A stretch of DNA of 64,000 nt. Source: a virus. Taxonomy: Duplodnaviria; Heunggongvirae; Uroviricota; Caudoviricetes. Of this stretch, positions 48,902 through 57,446 are shown in pieces; positions within the stretch are counted from its first letter, which is position 1; each line of letters opens with the position of its first letter. Location: IMG/VR virus record IMGVR_UViG_3300012286_000299, positions 109,277-173,276 of that record, one strand, 5' to 3'. Made by a program: the position numbers and the translations under genes. The notes under the pieces were generated by a model that had not been told where the DNA came from, did not search any database, and saw nothing but the letters and a program-made list of their open reading frames with translations.

Positions 48902-49156
48902 ATGACAACGTACAAACACATTCGTACAGGTAGAGTAATTACCGAATCAGATTACAGAAGATTAAGTTCATACGAACAAAGAGACTATTCATACAATGGA
49001 AGCTCTTCATCAACATCAGACAGTTCAGGAGATTTTTTAACATCAGCAGCTATTGGTTATGCAACTGATAATGCTTTGTTAGGAGGTGCACTTGGAGGAG
49101 ATATGCTTGGAGGTATTGTAGGTGATCTTTTAGATGGTGACGGAGGATTATTCTAA
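48902..49156 (+). CDS. hypothetical Gly/Ser-rich protein
   Basis: 84-aa ORF. Confidence 0.4.
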   Translation: MTTYKHIRTGRVITESDYRRLSSYEQRDYSYNGSSSSTSDSSGDFLTSAAIGYATDNALLGGALGGDMLGGIVGDLLDGDGGLF

Positions 49157-49443
49157 TGAAAAAAGTACTATTAGCATTACTGTTAGTTATAAGTATAGCT
49201 AGCTGTAATAAGGCTGAAGAAGCAAAAGATACAGGTAATACACAACAAGAACAAGTAGCTTGGGATTTAGACACAACTACATATGATGCTGTTGACGTAG
49301 ATGAAACTTCAGAAGATGAAGTATCTAATGGTCCCACAGAATGGATTTGGGACGGTAGTCAATTCGATACATTATATGTTGGAGCTACTTTAAGAATCTC
49401 AAACATTGATGGAGATAAAGTTTATTTAGTTATGTCAAAATAA
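49156..49443 (+). CDS. putative lipoprotein
   Basis: Signal peptide with a lipobox-like LVISIASC. Confidence 0.45.
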   Translation: MKKVLLALLLVISIASCNKAEEAKDTGNTQQEQVAWDLDTTTYDAVDVDETSEDEVSNGPTEWIWDGSQFDTLYVGATLRISNIDGDKVYLVMSK

Positions 49444-49567
49444 ATTTGATTATATAAATTTTTCTTCGTATATTAAATCATTAGAAATTTAAAAATTAAG
49501 GTTGATACTACCTTTGCAAAAATAGTATTAGATAAATAAAAACAAGTTATAAATTAAAAACAAAAAA

Positions 49568-50407
49568 ATGAAGAAAATTTTAGGTATTTTAGGAGCGATT
49601 GTATTAATTTTCGCAATGTTTAGTTCATGTGATGTGGTAAATGCCGGTCACGTAGGGGTTAAGGTTGATATGTTTGGTTCCGGTAAAGGAGTACAGAATG
49701 TAACAGCATGTACAGGATGGGTATTTTACAACCCAATCACAACAAAGGTATATGAGTTCCCAACTTATATCCAGCATAAAGAGTATAAGAAAACAGAAGA
49801 TGGAGATAATTCATTTACTGTAAATACTAAAGACGGGTCTGAGTTTAGAGTGTCACCTATACTAAATTATTCAGTTAATCCTGATAAAGCACCTTCAATC
49901 TTTGCTAAATATAGACGTACATTACCTGAATTAGAGGAAGGATTTTTAAAGACTGCTATTTATGATGCATTTAGATTAGCAACAAATAAATATTCAGCTG
50001 AAGAATTAATATCTAATCGAGCTAAATTTGAAGTTGAAGTACGTAAATTATTAGAAGCACAAATTGTTAAAGAAGGATTTATTGTTAATCAATTTACATC
50101 TAATTTAGAATATCCAACATCATTTAAGAATGCTATTAATGCTAAGAATAATGCAGTACAAGCTGCTTTAACAGCTGAGAATCAAGTTAAAACAGCTGAA
50201 GCACAAGCTAAAATTAAAGTAGCACAAGCAGCTGGTAACGCTGAAGCATTACTTACAAATGCACGAGCTGAAGCTGAATCTAATAAATTAAGATTATCAA
50301 CATTGACTCCAATGCTATTACAACAACAATGGATTGAAAAGTGGGATGGTGCATTACCAACTACACAGTTAGCATCAGGTGCTAATACAATGTATGGTTT
50401 GAAGTAA
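49568..50407 (+). CDS. SPFH/band-7 (prohibitin-like) domain lipoprotein
   Basis: Lipobox AMFSSC; an SPFH-like core; C-terminal coiled-coil AEAQAKIKVAQAAGNAEALLTNARAEAE. Confidence 0.5.
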   Translation: MKKILGILGAIVLIFAMFSSCDVVNAGHVGVKVDMFGSGKGVQNVTACTGWVFYNPITTKVYEFPTYIQHKEYKKTEDGDNSFTVNTKDGSEFRVSPILNYSVNPDKAPSIFAKYRRTLPELEEGFLKTAIYDAFRLATNKYSAEELISNRAKFEVEVRKLLEAQIVKEGFIVNQFTSNLEYPTSFKNAINAKNNAVQAALTAENQVKTAEAQAKIKVAQAAGNAEALLTNARAEAESNKLRLSTLTPMLLQQQWIEKWDGALPTTQLASGANTMYGLK

Positions 50408-50424
50408 TAAAAATACTCAAAGAG

Positions 50425-50460
50425 GGGCTTGTTAATACAAGCCTTTCTTTGTATATTAAA
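50425..50460 (+). promoter_or_regulatory. terminator hairpin (ggcttgt-taat-acaagcc) fused to a promoter-like motif
   Basis: Same architecture as at 41663. Confidence 0.5.
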
Positions 50461-50473
50461 TCAAATAAAATAT

Positions 50474-50656
50474 ATGCCTCAAAAATATTATCAAGTACTG
50501 TTAAAAACAGGAAAAACACACCCATCACTTTATATTAATCTTCAAACAGCAATTAAAAAAGTAGGAGTAGAAAATATAAAAGAAATCAAAGAAATTAGAG
50601 CAGAATTAGTTAATGCCAAGTACAACGAAATAGTAGGAACAATCAATATAGAATAG
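50474..50656 (+). CDS. hypothetical small protein
   Basis: The track start at 50429 lies within the terminator. The ATG at 50474 (MPQKYYQ...) is downstream of the motif. Confidence 0.35.
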   Translation: MPQKYYQVLLKTGKTHPSLYINLQTAIKKVGVENIKEIKEIRAELVNAKYNEIVGTINIE

Positions 50657-50910
50657 TATGTCTAAAAACTCAGCAAAATCAAATTACGAACAATTAATGG
50701 CATGGTTACCAACATTGAATGCACCAAAATTAAAAGTAGAACAATCTTCTACTAAGTTTTCAAAATCTACATATTACAAAGAAAAAGGTGTAAAGTAATA
50801 TAAAATATTAATATTTATAGGTATAGTGTCGGACCTATAATATAAAATATTAATTTAAAGCTTATGGTGAGTAGAGAGTCCGACCTCGAAAACCTAAGCT
50901 TTTATTTTTT

Positions 50911-51546
50911 ATGGAAACCAAGGAATGTAAAGTTTGTAAAAATGAAAAAACATTAAATAATTTTAGTAAAAATCAAAAATCTATTGATGGGTTACATTAT
51001 AAATGTAAGGAATGTGTTAAAGAATATAATAAACATCATTACCAAAATAATGAGGAATCTATTAAAAATTATCACCAAAAATGGAGAGAAGATAATTTTA
51101 GTTATTTTAAAGATTACTATCAAAATAATGAGGAATACCTTAAAGGTAAAAATAAAGATTGGAGAGAAAATAATAAGGAAATGTTTAAAAATTATCAAAA
51201 AAACTATTCTAAATATAGGTTACAAAATGATCCTGTTTTTAAATTCAAATTTAATGTTAGAAATTTAATCAAGGGGTCTTTTAAAAGAGCTTGTAATGGT
51301 TTATTTCCTAAAACAGCAAAATCTATAGATATATTAGGATGTAATTTTGAATATTTTATTCAACATATACAATCTCAATTTACAGAAGGTATGACTTTAG
51401 AAAATTATGGTAAATGGCATTTAGACCATATTATACCCATATCAAAAGCACAAACCGAGGAAGATATTATAAAATTAAATCATTATACTAATTTTCAACC
51501 CTTATGGGCTATTGATAATTTAAAAAAAGGAAATAAAATTAAATAA
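50911..51546 (+). CDS. HNH homing-type endonuclease
   Basis: Cys4 N-terminus (CKVCKNEK...CKECVKEY) and an HNH core HLDHIIPISKA...NFQPLWAIDNLKKGNK. Paralog of 13540..14085. Confidence 0.65.
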   Translation: METKECKVCKNEKTLNNFSKNQKSIDGLHYKCKECVKEYNKHHYQNNEESIKNYHQKWREDNFSYFKDYYQNNEEYLKGKNKDWRENNKEMFKNYQKNYSKYRLQNDPVFKFKFNVRNLIKGSFKRACNGLFPKTAKSIDILGCNFEYFIQHIQSQFTEGMTLENYGKWHLDHIIPISKAQTEEDIIKLNHYTNFQPLWAIDNLKKGNKIK

Positions 51547-51553
51547 ACAACTA

Positions 51554-51730
51554 ATGACTGAAAGAAAACAAATTATTCAGCAAGTAAAAGAGTTAGGTAT
51601 CAAAACTGATAAACCTGCTCATATGTGCACTACATCTTATCTTAAAGGGTTATTACCTAAAGAAGAAGTTAAACAAGAAGAAGTTAAAATTGGGTTTTTT
51701 AAGAAGGTTTTAAGAGGATTAGGCTTTTAA
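51554..51730 (+). CDS. small protein with a Rho-N/SAP-like N-terminal domain
   Basis: 58-aa ORF. MTERKQIIQQVKELGIKTDKPAHMCTTSYLKGLL parallels the N-terminus of the 59038 gene (MNRIEIIAEVKKLGLTTEKPAHQCKTDYLQQVL). Confidence 0.35.
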   Translation: MTERKQIIQQVKELGIKTDKPAHMCTTSYLKGLLPKEEVKQEEVKIGFFKKVLRGLGF

Positions 51731-51765
51731 AGCCTTTCTTCGTATATTAAAGCATTATTAATTTA
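51721..51765 (+). promoter_or_regulatory. terminator hairpin (aggcttt-taa-agcct) fused to promoter-like ttcttcgtatattaaagcattattaa
   Basis: Motif 17 nt upstream of the ATG at 51778. Confidence 0.5.
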
Positions 51766-51777
51766 AAAATAAAGGTT

Positions 51778-52575
51778 ATGAGTTTAAAAGCATTATCAAA
51801 AGGGGAATTAGCAGCATTAGCTCCTCAAACATTCAATCATGAAATCGGTTCTAATTTAACTGATAAGTATGTTCATATTCCAACTGATACCATAGTTGAT
51901 GATATGGAAGCGTTAGGTTGGTTTCCGTATGATGTAAAAACAGTTAGAGCAAGAAAGAAAAATGCTCAAACTGCTAAACATTTAATTCAGTTTTTTAACC
52001 CAAATATTGTTATTAATAACGAAGAAGGTGAAGCTGATATGCACCCAACACTATTACTTATCAATTCACATGATGGCTCTACAGCGGTTAGATTTGAAAT
52101 GGGTGTGTTTAGAATGATTTGTGAAAATGGTTTAGTAATCAAATCACAGGATTTCGGTGGATTCAGAATGAGACACATGGGTTATACCTTTGAAGATTTA
52201 CGTCAGTACATTAATCAATTGGTTGAAACACTACCAACTGTAGTTGCTAACCTGAATAAGTTTTCACAAGTATTAATGACACCTGAGCAACAACACGATT
52301 TCGCTGTTAAAGCAGTTGCAGCTCGTTTTGGTGAAGATAAACAATTGTCAGATGAGGCTATTAAAGATTTATTATTAGCAGAACGTAAAGAGGATATTGG
52401 TGATAATGTTTGGGTTGTATTAAATCGTGTTCAAGAAAAATTAACAAGTGGTGGTTTTAGTTACTTGGGTGTTAAAGGTAAACCAAGAAAAGCACGAGCT
52501 GTTAAAAATTTCACACAGGATGTTGAAATGAACTCCAAATTGTGGGAATTAGCTGAAACATATTTAATTAACTAA
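51778..52575 (+). CDS. hypothetical protein
   Basis: 265-aa ORF. Confidence 0.5.
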   Translation: MSLKALSKGELAALAPQTFNHEIGSNLTDKYVHIPTDTIVDDMEALGWFPYDVKTVRARKKNAQTAKHLIQFFNPNIVINNEEGEADMHPTLLLINSHDGSTAVRFEMGVFRMICENGLVIKSQDFGGFRMRHMGYTFEDLRQYINQLVETLPTVVANLNKFSQVLMTPEQQHDFAVKAVAARFGEDKQLSDEAIKDLLLAERKEDIGDNVWVVLNRVQEKLTSGGFSYLGVKGKPRKARAVKNFTQDVEMNSKLWELAETYLIN

Positions 52576-52579
52576 TAAT

Positions 52580-52625
52580 AAAGGGCCTGGAATAGGGCCC
52601 TTTAAATTTTCTTCGTATATTTAAT
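52580..52625 (+). promoter_or_regulatory. terminator hairpin (aaagggcc-tggaatag-ggcccttt) fused to promoter-like ttcttcgtatatttaat
   Basis: GC-rich stem right after the stop, with the motif upstream of the ATG at 52638. Confidence 0.55.
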
Positions 52626-52637
52626 AAAATAAAGGTT

Positions 52638-53075
52638 ATGACAAGAATTAATGCATTCATACCAGTTGAGGATTTATCAAACAAACATTTGATAGCTGAA
52701 CACAGAGAGATAAAACGTATACCTAATCACGTAGCTAAACATTTTAGTAAAATGTCTCTATCAAAAATACCTAAACAATTTACGCTTAATACTGGTCACG
52801 TTACTTTCTTCTTTGATAAAGGGCAATTTACCTATGAAAGGTATAAGCAGCTTTATGAAGAGTGTAAAAAAAGAGGGTTCAATATCACTTATTATGGACA
52901 TGCTTGGGATGTTTATAAAGATAAACCTGATGTTTGGAATAAAGATTTAAACGTAACATCACAAGAAAAAATACGCATACAAACCCTAATTAAAGATAGA
53001 ATTAGGAGTAATGAAAAAATAGCCCTTGAAAAAAAGTTAGCAAAAAAGTTAAGTAAATCTATTTTGGATTTATAA
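52638..53075 (+). CDS. denV: pyrimidine-dimer DNA glycosylase (T4 endonuclease V / DenV family)
   Basis: MTRINAFIPVEDLSNKHLIAEHREIKRIP...GHVTFFFDKGQFTYERYKQLYEECKKRGFNI parallels T4 EndoV (MTRINLTLVSEL..HLMAEYRELPRV...GHVTFFYDK...CLKRGFNI), including the N-terminal Thr2 and the catalytic Glu region. Confidence 0.85.
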   Translation: MTRINAFIPVEDLSNKHLIAEHREIKRIPNHVAKHFSKMSLSKIPKQFTLNTGHVTFFFDKGQFTYERYKQLYEECKKRGFNITYYGHAWDVYKDKPDVWNKDLNVTSQEKIRIQTLIKDRIRSNEKIALEKKLAKKLSKSILDL

Positions 53076-53116
53076 AATAATCTTCGTATATTTAATTATA
53101 ATTAAAAATAAAGGTT

Positions 53117-53350
53117 ATGACATCACAAATGAATGAATACCATACTACTTTAAATAAGGTAGAAGAAATTATCACAATGTTAAGAAGTTTAACTCATAAA
53201 GGTGATTGTGTTGATGGAGAGACAATGCAATACATACTTGAACAGGTAGGTATGCAAGACCAAATGTTAAGACAACTAATGATGTCTATGCCTTATGATG
53301 AGGTTGAGTACATAATGGAAGAAAGAGCAATCTTTGAAAACAATAAGTAA
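53117..53350 (+). CDS. hypothetical protein
   Basis: 77-aa ORF; promoter motif upstream. Confidence 0.4.
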   Translation: MTSQMNEYHTTLNKVEEIITMLRSLTHKGDCVDGETMQYILEQVGMQDQMLRQLMMSMPYDEVEYIMEERAIFENNK

Positions 53351-53625
53351 TGATAGTAGAACTATACACAATAGCATTTCCACATAATGGGGAAATAGTG
53401 TCTGAATTACACACATTCGATTCAGAAGATGAAAGTGATTTATTTGCTGTAATAGAGTATTTGGAAGAAGATGGAATTGATAGAGATGAAATGTCTCAAG
53501 ATGAATTTGAAACTGCTTGTAGAAAATGGTTATTTGAAGATGAAGTAGCATCTTGGGGACAAGCATTTGTTAATTGCATAGTTGTAACTAAAGAACAGTT
53601 AAAAAGAATTAAAAATATACAATAA
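53350..53625 (+). CDS. hypothetical acidic protein
   Basis: 91-aa ORF. Confidence 0.4.
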   Translation: MIVELYTIAFPHNGEIVSELHTFDSEDESDLFAVIEYLEEDGIDRDEMSQDEFETACRKWLFEDEVASWGQAFVNCIVVTKEQLKRIKNIQ

Positions 53626-53628
53626 GCT

Positions 53629-53991
53629 ATGGATAATAATTGGAAACCCGGAGACATTGGTATTTGTATCAATACAGGAAAACTACCTCATCAAAAAAAT
53701 GGTACAAACTTACCACCATTAAGACTTAAGGCAGAATATCTAGTTCAAAATGTTTCAAATTGTGGATGTGGTCTAATAGTGTTAGATGTAGGTTTTGGCT
53801 TAACTGACGGCAAAGGTGTAAATTGTAGTTGTGGAGCAACTACATCACCAGCAACCGGAATTAGATGGATAGCAGCTGAAAGATTAGTTAAGAAACAAAC
53901 TAAAAGTGAAATTGAATCGCAAATTGAAGAAGCAGTTGCTAATGAAAATTATGAGTTAGCTCCGGAATTAACAAAAAAATTAGAACAATAA
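53629..53991 (+). CDS. hypothetical protein
   Basis: 120-aa ORF. Confidence 0.4.
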   Translation: MDNNWKPGDIGICINTGKLPHQKNGTNLPPLRLKAEYLVQNVSNCGCGLIVLDVGFGLTDGKGVNCSCGATTSPATGIRWIAAERLVKKQTKSEIESQIEEAVANENYELAPELTKKLEQ

Positions 53992-53997
53992 AAGGTT

Positions 53998-54396
53998 ATG
54001 AAAAGAGTAATAGTTAAGTACAAAGATAGTGAACAAACACTAATTTATCACATTGTTAGTTTTAAAAACGACAAACGTCAAATTCTAGTTGAGGATGTAA
54101 AAGAATTCTTAGCAAACCCAAGAGTAGAATCATACGAAATCATAGACATGTCAGGGCGATCATCGAATTCTGATGGTGAAGGTAAAGTATACGAATCGAA
54201 GTACGAACGGGAAAATAATAACTTACCTAAAATAATCGCTAATGAGGTAATACAAGTTGCTACATCATTAAAAGGTTGTACTAAGGAAACCATTGATAAA
54301 TGGAACCAACATCTTGATTTTGACTTACATGAAAAGTTAAATGGTGAATACGGTTTTACAGGCGCCAAAAGATTATATAATATCTTTGGATTGTAA
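53998..54396 (+). CDS. hypothetical protein
   Basis: 132-aa ORF. Confidence 0.4.
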   Translation: MKRVIVKYKDSEQTLIYHIVSFKNDKRQILVEDVKEFLANPRVESYEIIDMSGRSSNSDGEGKVYESKYERENNNLPKIIANEVIQVATSLKGCTKETIDKWNQHLDFDLHEKLNGEYGFTGAKRLYNIFGL

Positions 54397-54436
54397 AATA
54401 TAACTTCGTATATTAAAGCATAATTAAAATATAAAT

Positions 54437-54550
54437 TATGAAAGATTTTGCAGATTGCGGGTTTTATTTTGCAATGGGATGTTGTCTCTTTGCTTGTGGT
54501 GTAATGGTGAGTGCACTAATTTTTAGAATGTTTAAAGATTTATTTAGATA
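54437..54550 (+). CDS. hypothetical small membrane peptide
   Basis: About 38 aa (MKDFADCGFYFAMGCCLFACGVMVSALIF...) behind a promoter motif. Coordinates approximate. Confidence 0.25.
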
Positions 54551-54552
54551 AT

Positions 54553-54669
54553 TATGAGTTTAGTAAGTAATTGTTGTGGTGCGTATTCAGAATATGCTGA
54601 GGACATAGACATTTGTCCTGATTGTCTTGAACATTGTGAATTCGAAGATGATGAAGAAGATGAAGATTA
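54553..54669 (+). CDS. hypothetical small Cys-rich acidic peptide
   Basis: About 38 aa, CCGAY...CPDCLEHCEFEDDEEDED. Coordinates approximate. Confidence 0.25.
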
Positions 54670-54729
54670 AATAAATTTGTTTTATTAAAATTTACTTAGT
54701 ATATTAAATCATAATTAAAATAATAAGTT

Positions 54730-54933
54730 ATGTTTAAAACGGAAAAAGCAAGAGATTTATTTAGTCAATTATTGGATGTTAATTGGAAAATTGACAATAA
54801 AGAATATCGTTCACCTGAAGAACGAATTGAATTGAATGCCCAATACCGTAAGTTATATGATGAACTTATGTTAGAGATGGGTACAGAAGAGTTCACCAAA
54901 TTCATGGAAATGGGTCACAAATTGTTTAATTAA
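54730..54933 (+). CDS. hypothetical protein
   Basis: 67-aa ORF; promoter motif upstream. Confidence 0.4.
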   Translation: MFKTEKARDLFSQLLDVNWKIDNKEYRSPEERIELNAQYRKLYDELMLEMGTEEFTKFMEMGHKLFN

Positions 54934-54943
54934 AATAAAGGTT

Positions 54944-55132
54944 ATGATATTACAGGTAATTAACACCAAAAAGGAAAAACACAATCAAATTCGTACAACT
55001 AAGGAAACTTTATTTCAAGACCTTAAAACTCAAGGTTGGGCAGTCCAAGATTGTAAAGTAACAGAACTAAATGAGGCTTTAGTAAACACTGTATATCGTG
55101 GTACTGATGGTAAAAATTCATTAAAACGTTAA
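54944..55132 (+). CDS. hypothetical protein
   Basis: 62-aa ORF. Confidence 0.4.
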   Translation: MILQVINTKKEKHNQIRTTKETLFQDLKTQGWAVQDCKVTELNEALVNTVYRGTDGKNSLKR

Positions 55133-55135
55133 AAT

Positions 55136-55288
55136 ATGGTAGTATTATTAGCACAACTTGTATTAATGGGTATAAATTTATATCTAGCAAAAGTACAAAC
55201 AGAACAGGGTAGAAATCCAGCAATACAATATTTTGTTGCAGGAATGTGTTTTATGGGTGCAATTGATGCACTTATTAAATTACTTTAG
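55136..55288 (+). CDS. hypothetical small membrane protein
   Basis: 50-aa ORF with two hydrophobic segments. Confidence 0.3.
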   Translation: MVVLLAQLVLMGINLYLAKVQTEQGRNPAIQYFVAGMCFMGAIDALIKLL

Positions 55289-55297
55289 TAAGGCAAT

Positions 55298-55367
55298 AGT
55301 CAGGTAGTGTAATGGTAGCACCCGGAGGTCACACTTCTAGAACAGGTTCGAATCCTGTCCTGACTAC
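55298..55367 (+). tRNA. tRNA-like gene 1 (anticodon not confidently assigned; possibly CAC)
   Basis: Perfect 7-bp acceptor stem AGTCAGG/CCTGACT, D-arm GTGT-AATGGTA-GCAC with a GG D-loop, and a canonical T-arm ACAGG-TTCGAAT-CCTGT. The anticodon stem is irregular by hand folding. Confidence 0.5.
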
Positions 55368-55482
55368 AAAGTAATGCCTGGCGAAGTTGTCAAAACCGGG
55401 ATGAAGCAGAATTGTAAATAAAACACGCGAGTGTATAATGACAGATGGGATACACAAAAGTTACAATTAGAATTACTTAAAC

Positions 55483-55582
55483 AGTCAGGTGGCACTGAAG
55501 GTAGAGTGCTCCATAAAATAAGCAATAAGTGGTAATATGGTACCAATACTTATAGCCTTAGGTTCGAATCCTGTCCTGACTA
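55483..55582 (+). tRNA. tRNA-like gene 2, about 100 nt (long variable arm or intervening hairpin)
   Basis: Same acceptor strands AGTCAGG/CCTGACT, D-arm GCAC-TGAAGGTAGA-GTGC, T-arm TTAGG-TTCGAAT-CCTGT, and an internal long hairpin TAAGTGGTA-ATATGG-TACCAATACTTA. Confidence 0.4.
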
Positions 55583-55638
55583 CTATAACAATATAAGTGT
55601 TTCATAACCACTTATTATTTTTAATTATGCCCGTAATT

Positions 55639-55700
55639 AGCCCCGAAAGGGGCTATTACTTTATTTGGAGGGTATAAATTAAATTCGTATATTTATTACA
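55639..55700 (+). promoter_or_regulatory. terminator hairpin (agcccc-gaaa-ggggct) followed by promoter-like gagggtataaattaaattcgtatattt
   Basis: GC-rich stem-loop plus the conserved motif downstream of the tRNA-like genes. Confidence 0.5.
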
Positions 55701-55711
55701 AATAAAATAAA

Positions 55712-55849
55712 ATGAAAGTAGTACAATTCACATTACAGGAAAGATGGGCTGCATCAAAGCACATGGTTCAAAAGAACAAGAAAAAATACAATAGGGAAAA
55801 AGATAAAAGAGAAAATAGGGAGGCTGGTAAGTCTCCTTACTTCATTTAA
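55712..55849 (+). CDS. hypothetical small basic protein
   Basis: About 45-aa ORF behind the motif. Confidence 0.25.
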   Translation: MKVVQFTLQERWAASKHMVQKNKKKYNREKDKRENREAGKSPYFI

Positions 55850-55932
55850 TATATTTATAAGGGTCCTTATTTAGTTTCTTTGAGTGTTTAAAACTAATTC
55901 GTATATTAAAGTATAATTAAAAAATAAAGGTT

Positions 55933-56202
55933 ATGAATAAAATTGAAATAGAAGGTAAAGTTTATGAGCAAATTGAACAAAAATCTTCTAATAATGGGGT
56001 AAGTAAAAAAATGCTAGGAATGTTAGCTATGGCACAAGCTATGTATAACTTATCTTTTGGTGGTTCCAATTATAGCCGACAAAGACCCTCTGTAAATATA
56101 GTTGAAGAGTTCCGACTAATACAACAAAAGAAAAGTAAATTAAATCGTTCTGATAGGGACTGGGTTATATATCAATTTAATAGAAATTTTAAAGAAGTAT
56201 AA
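55933..56202 (+). CDS. hypothetical protein
   Basis: 89-aa ORF with promoter motif 55894-55920 upstream. Confidence 0.45.
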   Translation: MNKIEIEGKVYEQIEQKSSNNGVSKKMLGMLAMAQAMYNLSFGGSNYSRQRPSVNIVEEFRLIQQKKSKLNRSDRDWVIYQFNRNFKEV

Positions 56203-56206
56203 GGTT

Positions 56207-56524
56207 ATGAATTTAGATTTTGACTTAATTAGAAGTGAGGTATTAGTAGCACGTAAGGAAGATAGTCCTAACGATTGCCCTTCCACAAATGTTGAAGAAC
56301 TTTCTGAAAATATAAAATATTTACTTGAAGAGCTTCCTATAATGAATTTATCTAATATTGAAGACCTCGATGAGGATGAATTCAGTTTATTTGATGATTA
56401 CTTTGAGGATGAACAATTCTGGATATTGATTTGGAAAGGCAGAACATTCTTTGTAGATACTCAAGGGTATTCCTATGCAAGATATTGTGGTGAATTAATT
56501 AATTATAATGAAGTTGAGGGTTAA
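56207..56524 (+). CDS. hypothetical acidic protein
   Basis: 105-aa ORF. Confidence 0.45.
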   Translation: MNLDFDLIRSEVLVARKEDSPNDCPSTNVEELSENIKYLLEELPIMNLSNIEDLDEDEFSLFDDYFEDEQFWILIWKGRTFFVDTQGYSYARYCGELINYNEVEG

Positions 56525-56566
56525 AATTAACTTAGTATATTAAAGTATATTAATAATTAAAAAGTT

Positions 56567-56761
56567 ATGGCAAGTAAGATATTAATGTATAATGATGTAA
56601 CCGGGGAAGTAGTAGCTACTACTGCTAGTCTTGAAGGGCATAAGTTTGCAAACTTCATTGAAAAAGGATTTAAACCTATTTGTATAGCTTACCCTGTAAG
56701 TTACTCAGTAGCTGTAGAATCCTATACTGAAGAAAAACATGTAAGGTTAACTAAAAAATAA
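56567..56761 (+). CDS. hypothetical protein
   Basis: 64-aa ORF with promoter motif 56528-56560. Confidence 0.4.
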   Translation: MASKILMYNDVTGEVVATTASLEGHKFANFIEKGFKPICIAYPVSYSVAVESYTEEKHVRLTKK

Positions 56762-56765
56762 GATT

Positions 56766-56927
56766 ATGACACAATTTGAAAAAAATTCTTTATCAATAGC
56801 AAAAGAACTAATTGAATTAAAATTTAAGGTTCAAGTTATTGCAATAGATTTTGAAGATGGTTCGGGAAGAAATTTTATTGTAACTACAAAGGATAATCCT
56901 TTAAAGAAAAGATTTGTTAAATTTTAA
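56766..56927 (+). CDS. hypothetical small protein (MTQFEKN... paralog pair, copy 1)
   Basis: About 53-aa ORF. Its N-terminus MTQFE is shared with the next ORF. Coordinates approximate. Confidence 0.3.
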   Translation: MTQFEKNSLSIAKELIELKFKVQVIAIDFEDGSGRNFIVTTKDNPLKKRFVKF

Positions 56928-56935
56928 ATAAGGTT

Positions 56936-57100
56936 ATGACACAGTTTGAAGAAAACAACCCTAAGGAATTAAAGAAATTTATTTCCGAGTTAGACAATCT
57001 TATAGATGAATTTCACCCTAACATATATCTAATTGATGATGTGTTTAAAGGGGTAGAAATTATAAGAAACGCTATTAAGGAAGTGATTGCTGAGAAATAA
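56936..57100 (+). CDS. hypothetical small protein (MTQFEEN... paralog pair, copy 2)
   Basis: About 54-aa ORF. Coordinates approximate. Confidence 0.3.
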   Translation: MTQFEENNPKELKKFISELDNLIDEFHPNIYLIDDVFKGVEIIRNAIKEVIAEK

Positions 57101-57136
57101 CTTCGTATATTTAAGCATAATTAAAATAATAAAGTT

Positions 57137-57382
57137 ATGGCAAGAGGAGAAGGAACAATTACCTATGATGGTGTAGAAATTGATATTGAATTCCAATATG
57201 AACCTTTAGTAAGAGGTAGAATGTGGATGGACAATGGTGACCCAGGTTACCCTGATGAAGGAGGTGAATTCTATATTGAAAAAGCATTCATTGGAGGGCA
57301 AGATGTAACTGATTTACTTGGTGAAGACAAGCTAGAATCAATAGCTGAAGCCTATCAAGAAAAACATGGTGGGGAATATTAA
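57137..57382 (+). CDS. hypothetical protein
   Basis: 81-aa ORF with promoter motif 57099-57125. Confidence 0.45.
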   Translation: MARGEGTITYDGVEIDIEFQYEPLVRGRMWMDNGDPGYPDEGGEFYIEKAFIGGQDVTDLLGEDKLESIAEAYQEKHGGEY

Positions 57383-57446
57383 TTCCCTGTCGTGTTTATT
57401 ATAAATTTACCTCGTATATTAAAGCATAATTAAAATAAGAAAAGTT

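Noticed and set aside
4871-50656. Track start codons at 4871, 7448, 8028, 18243, 39858, 42810 and 50429.
   Set aside because: These starts sit inside the preceding gene or a terminator hairpin. In-frame ATGs just after the upstream stop (4955, 7514, 8076, about 18300, 39953, 42918/42939, 50474) fit the genome-wide pattern of tight or overlapping junctions better.
55298-55582. The duplicated tRNA 3' halves as attL/attR of an integrated element or prophage boundary.
   Set aside because: No integrase or recombinase is in the window. Both copies carry complete acceptor and T-arm structures with their own 5' halves, which fits tandem tRNA-like genes better.
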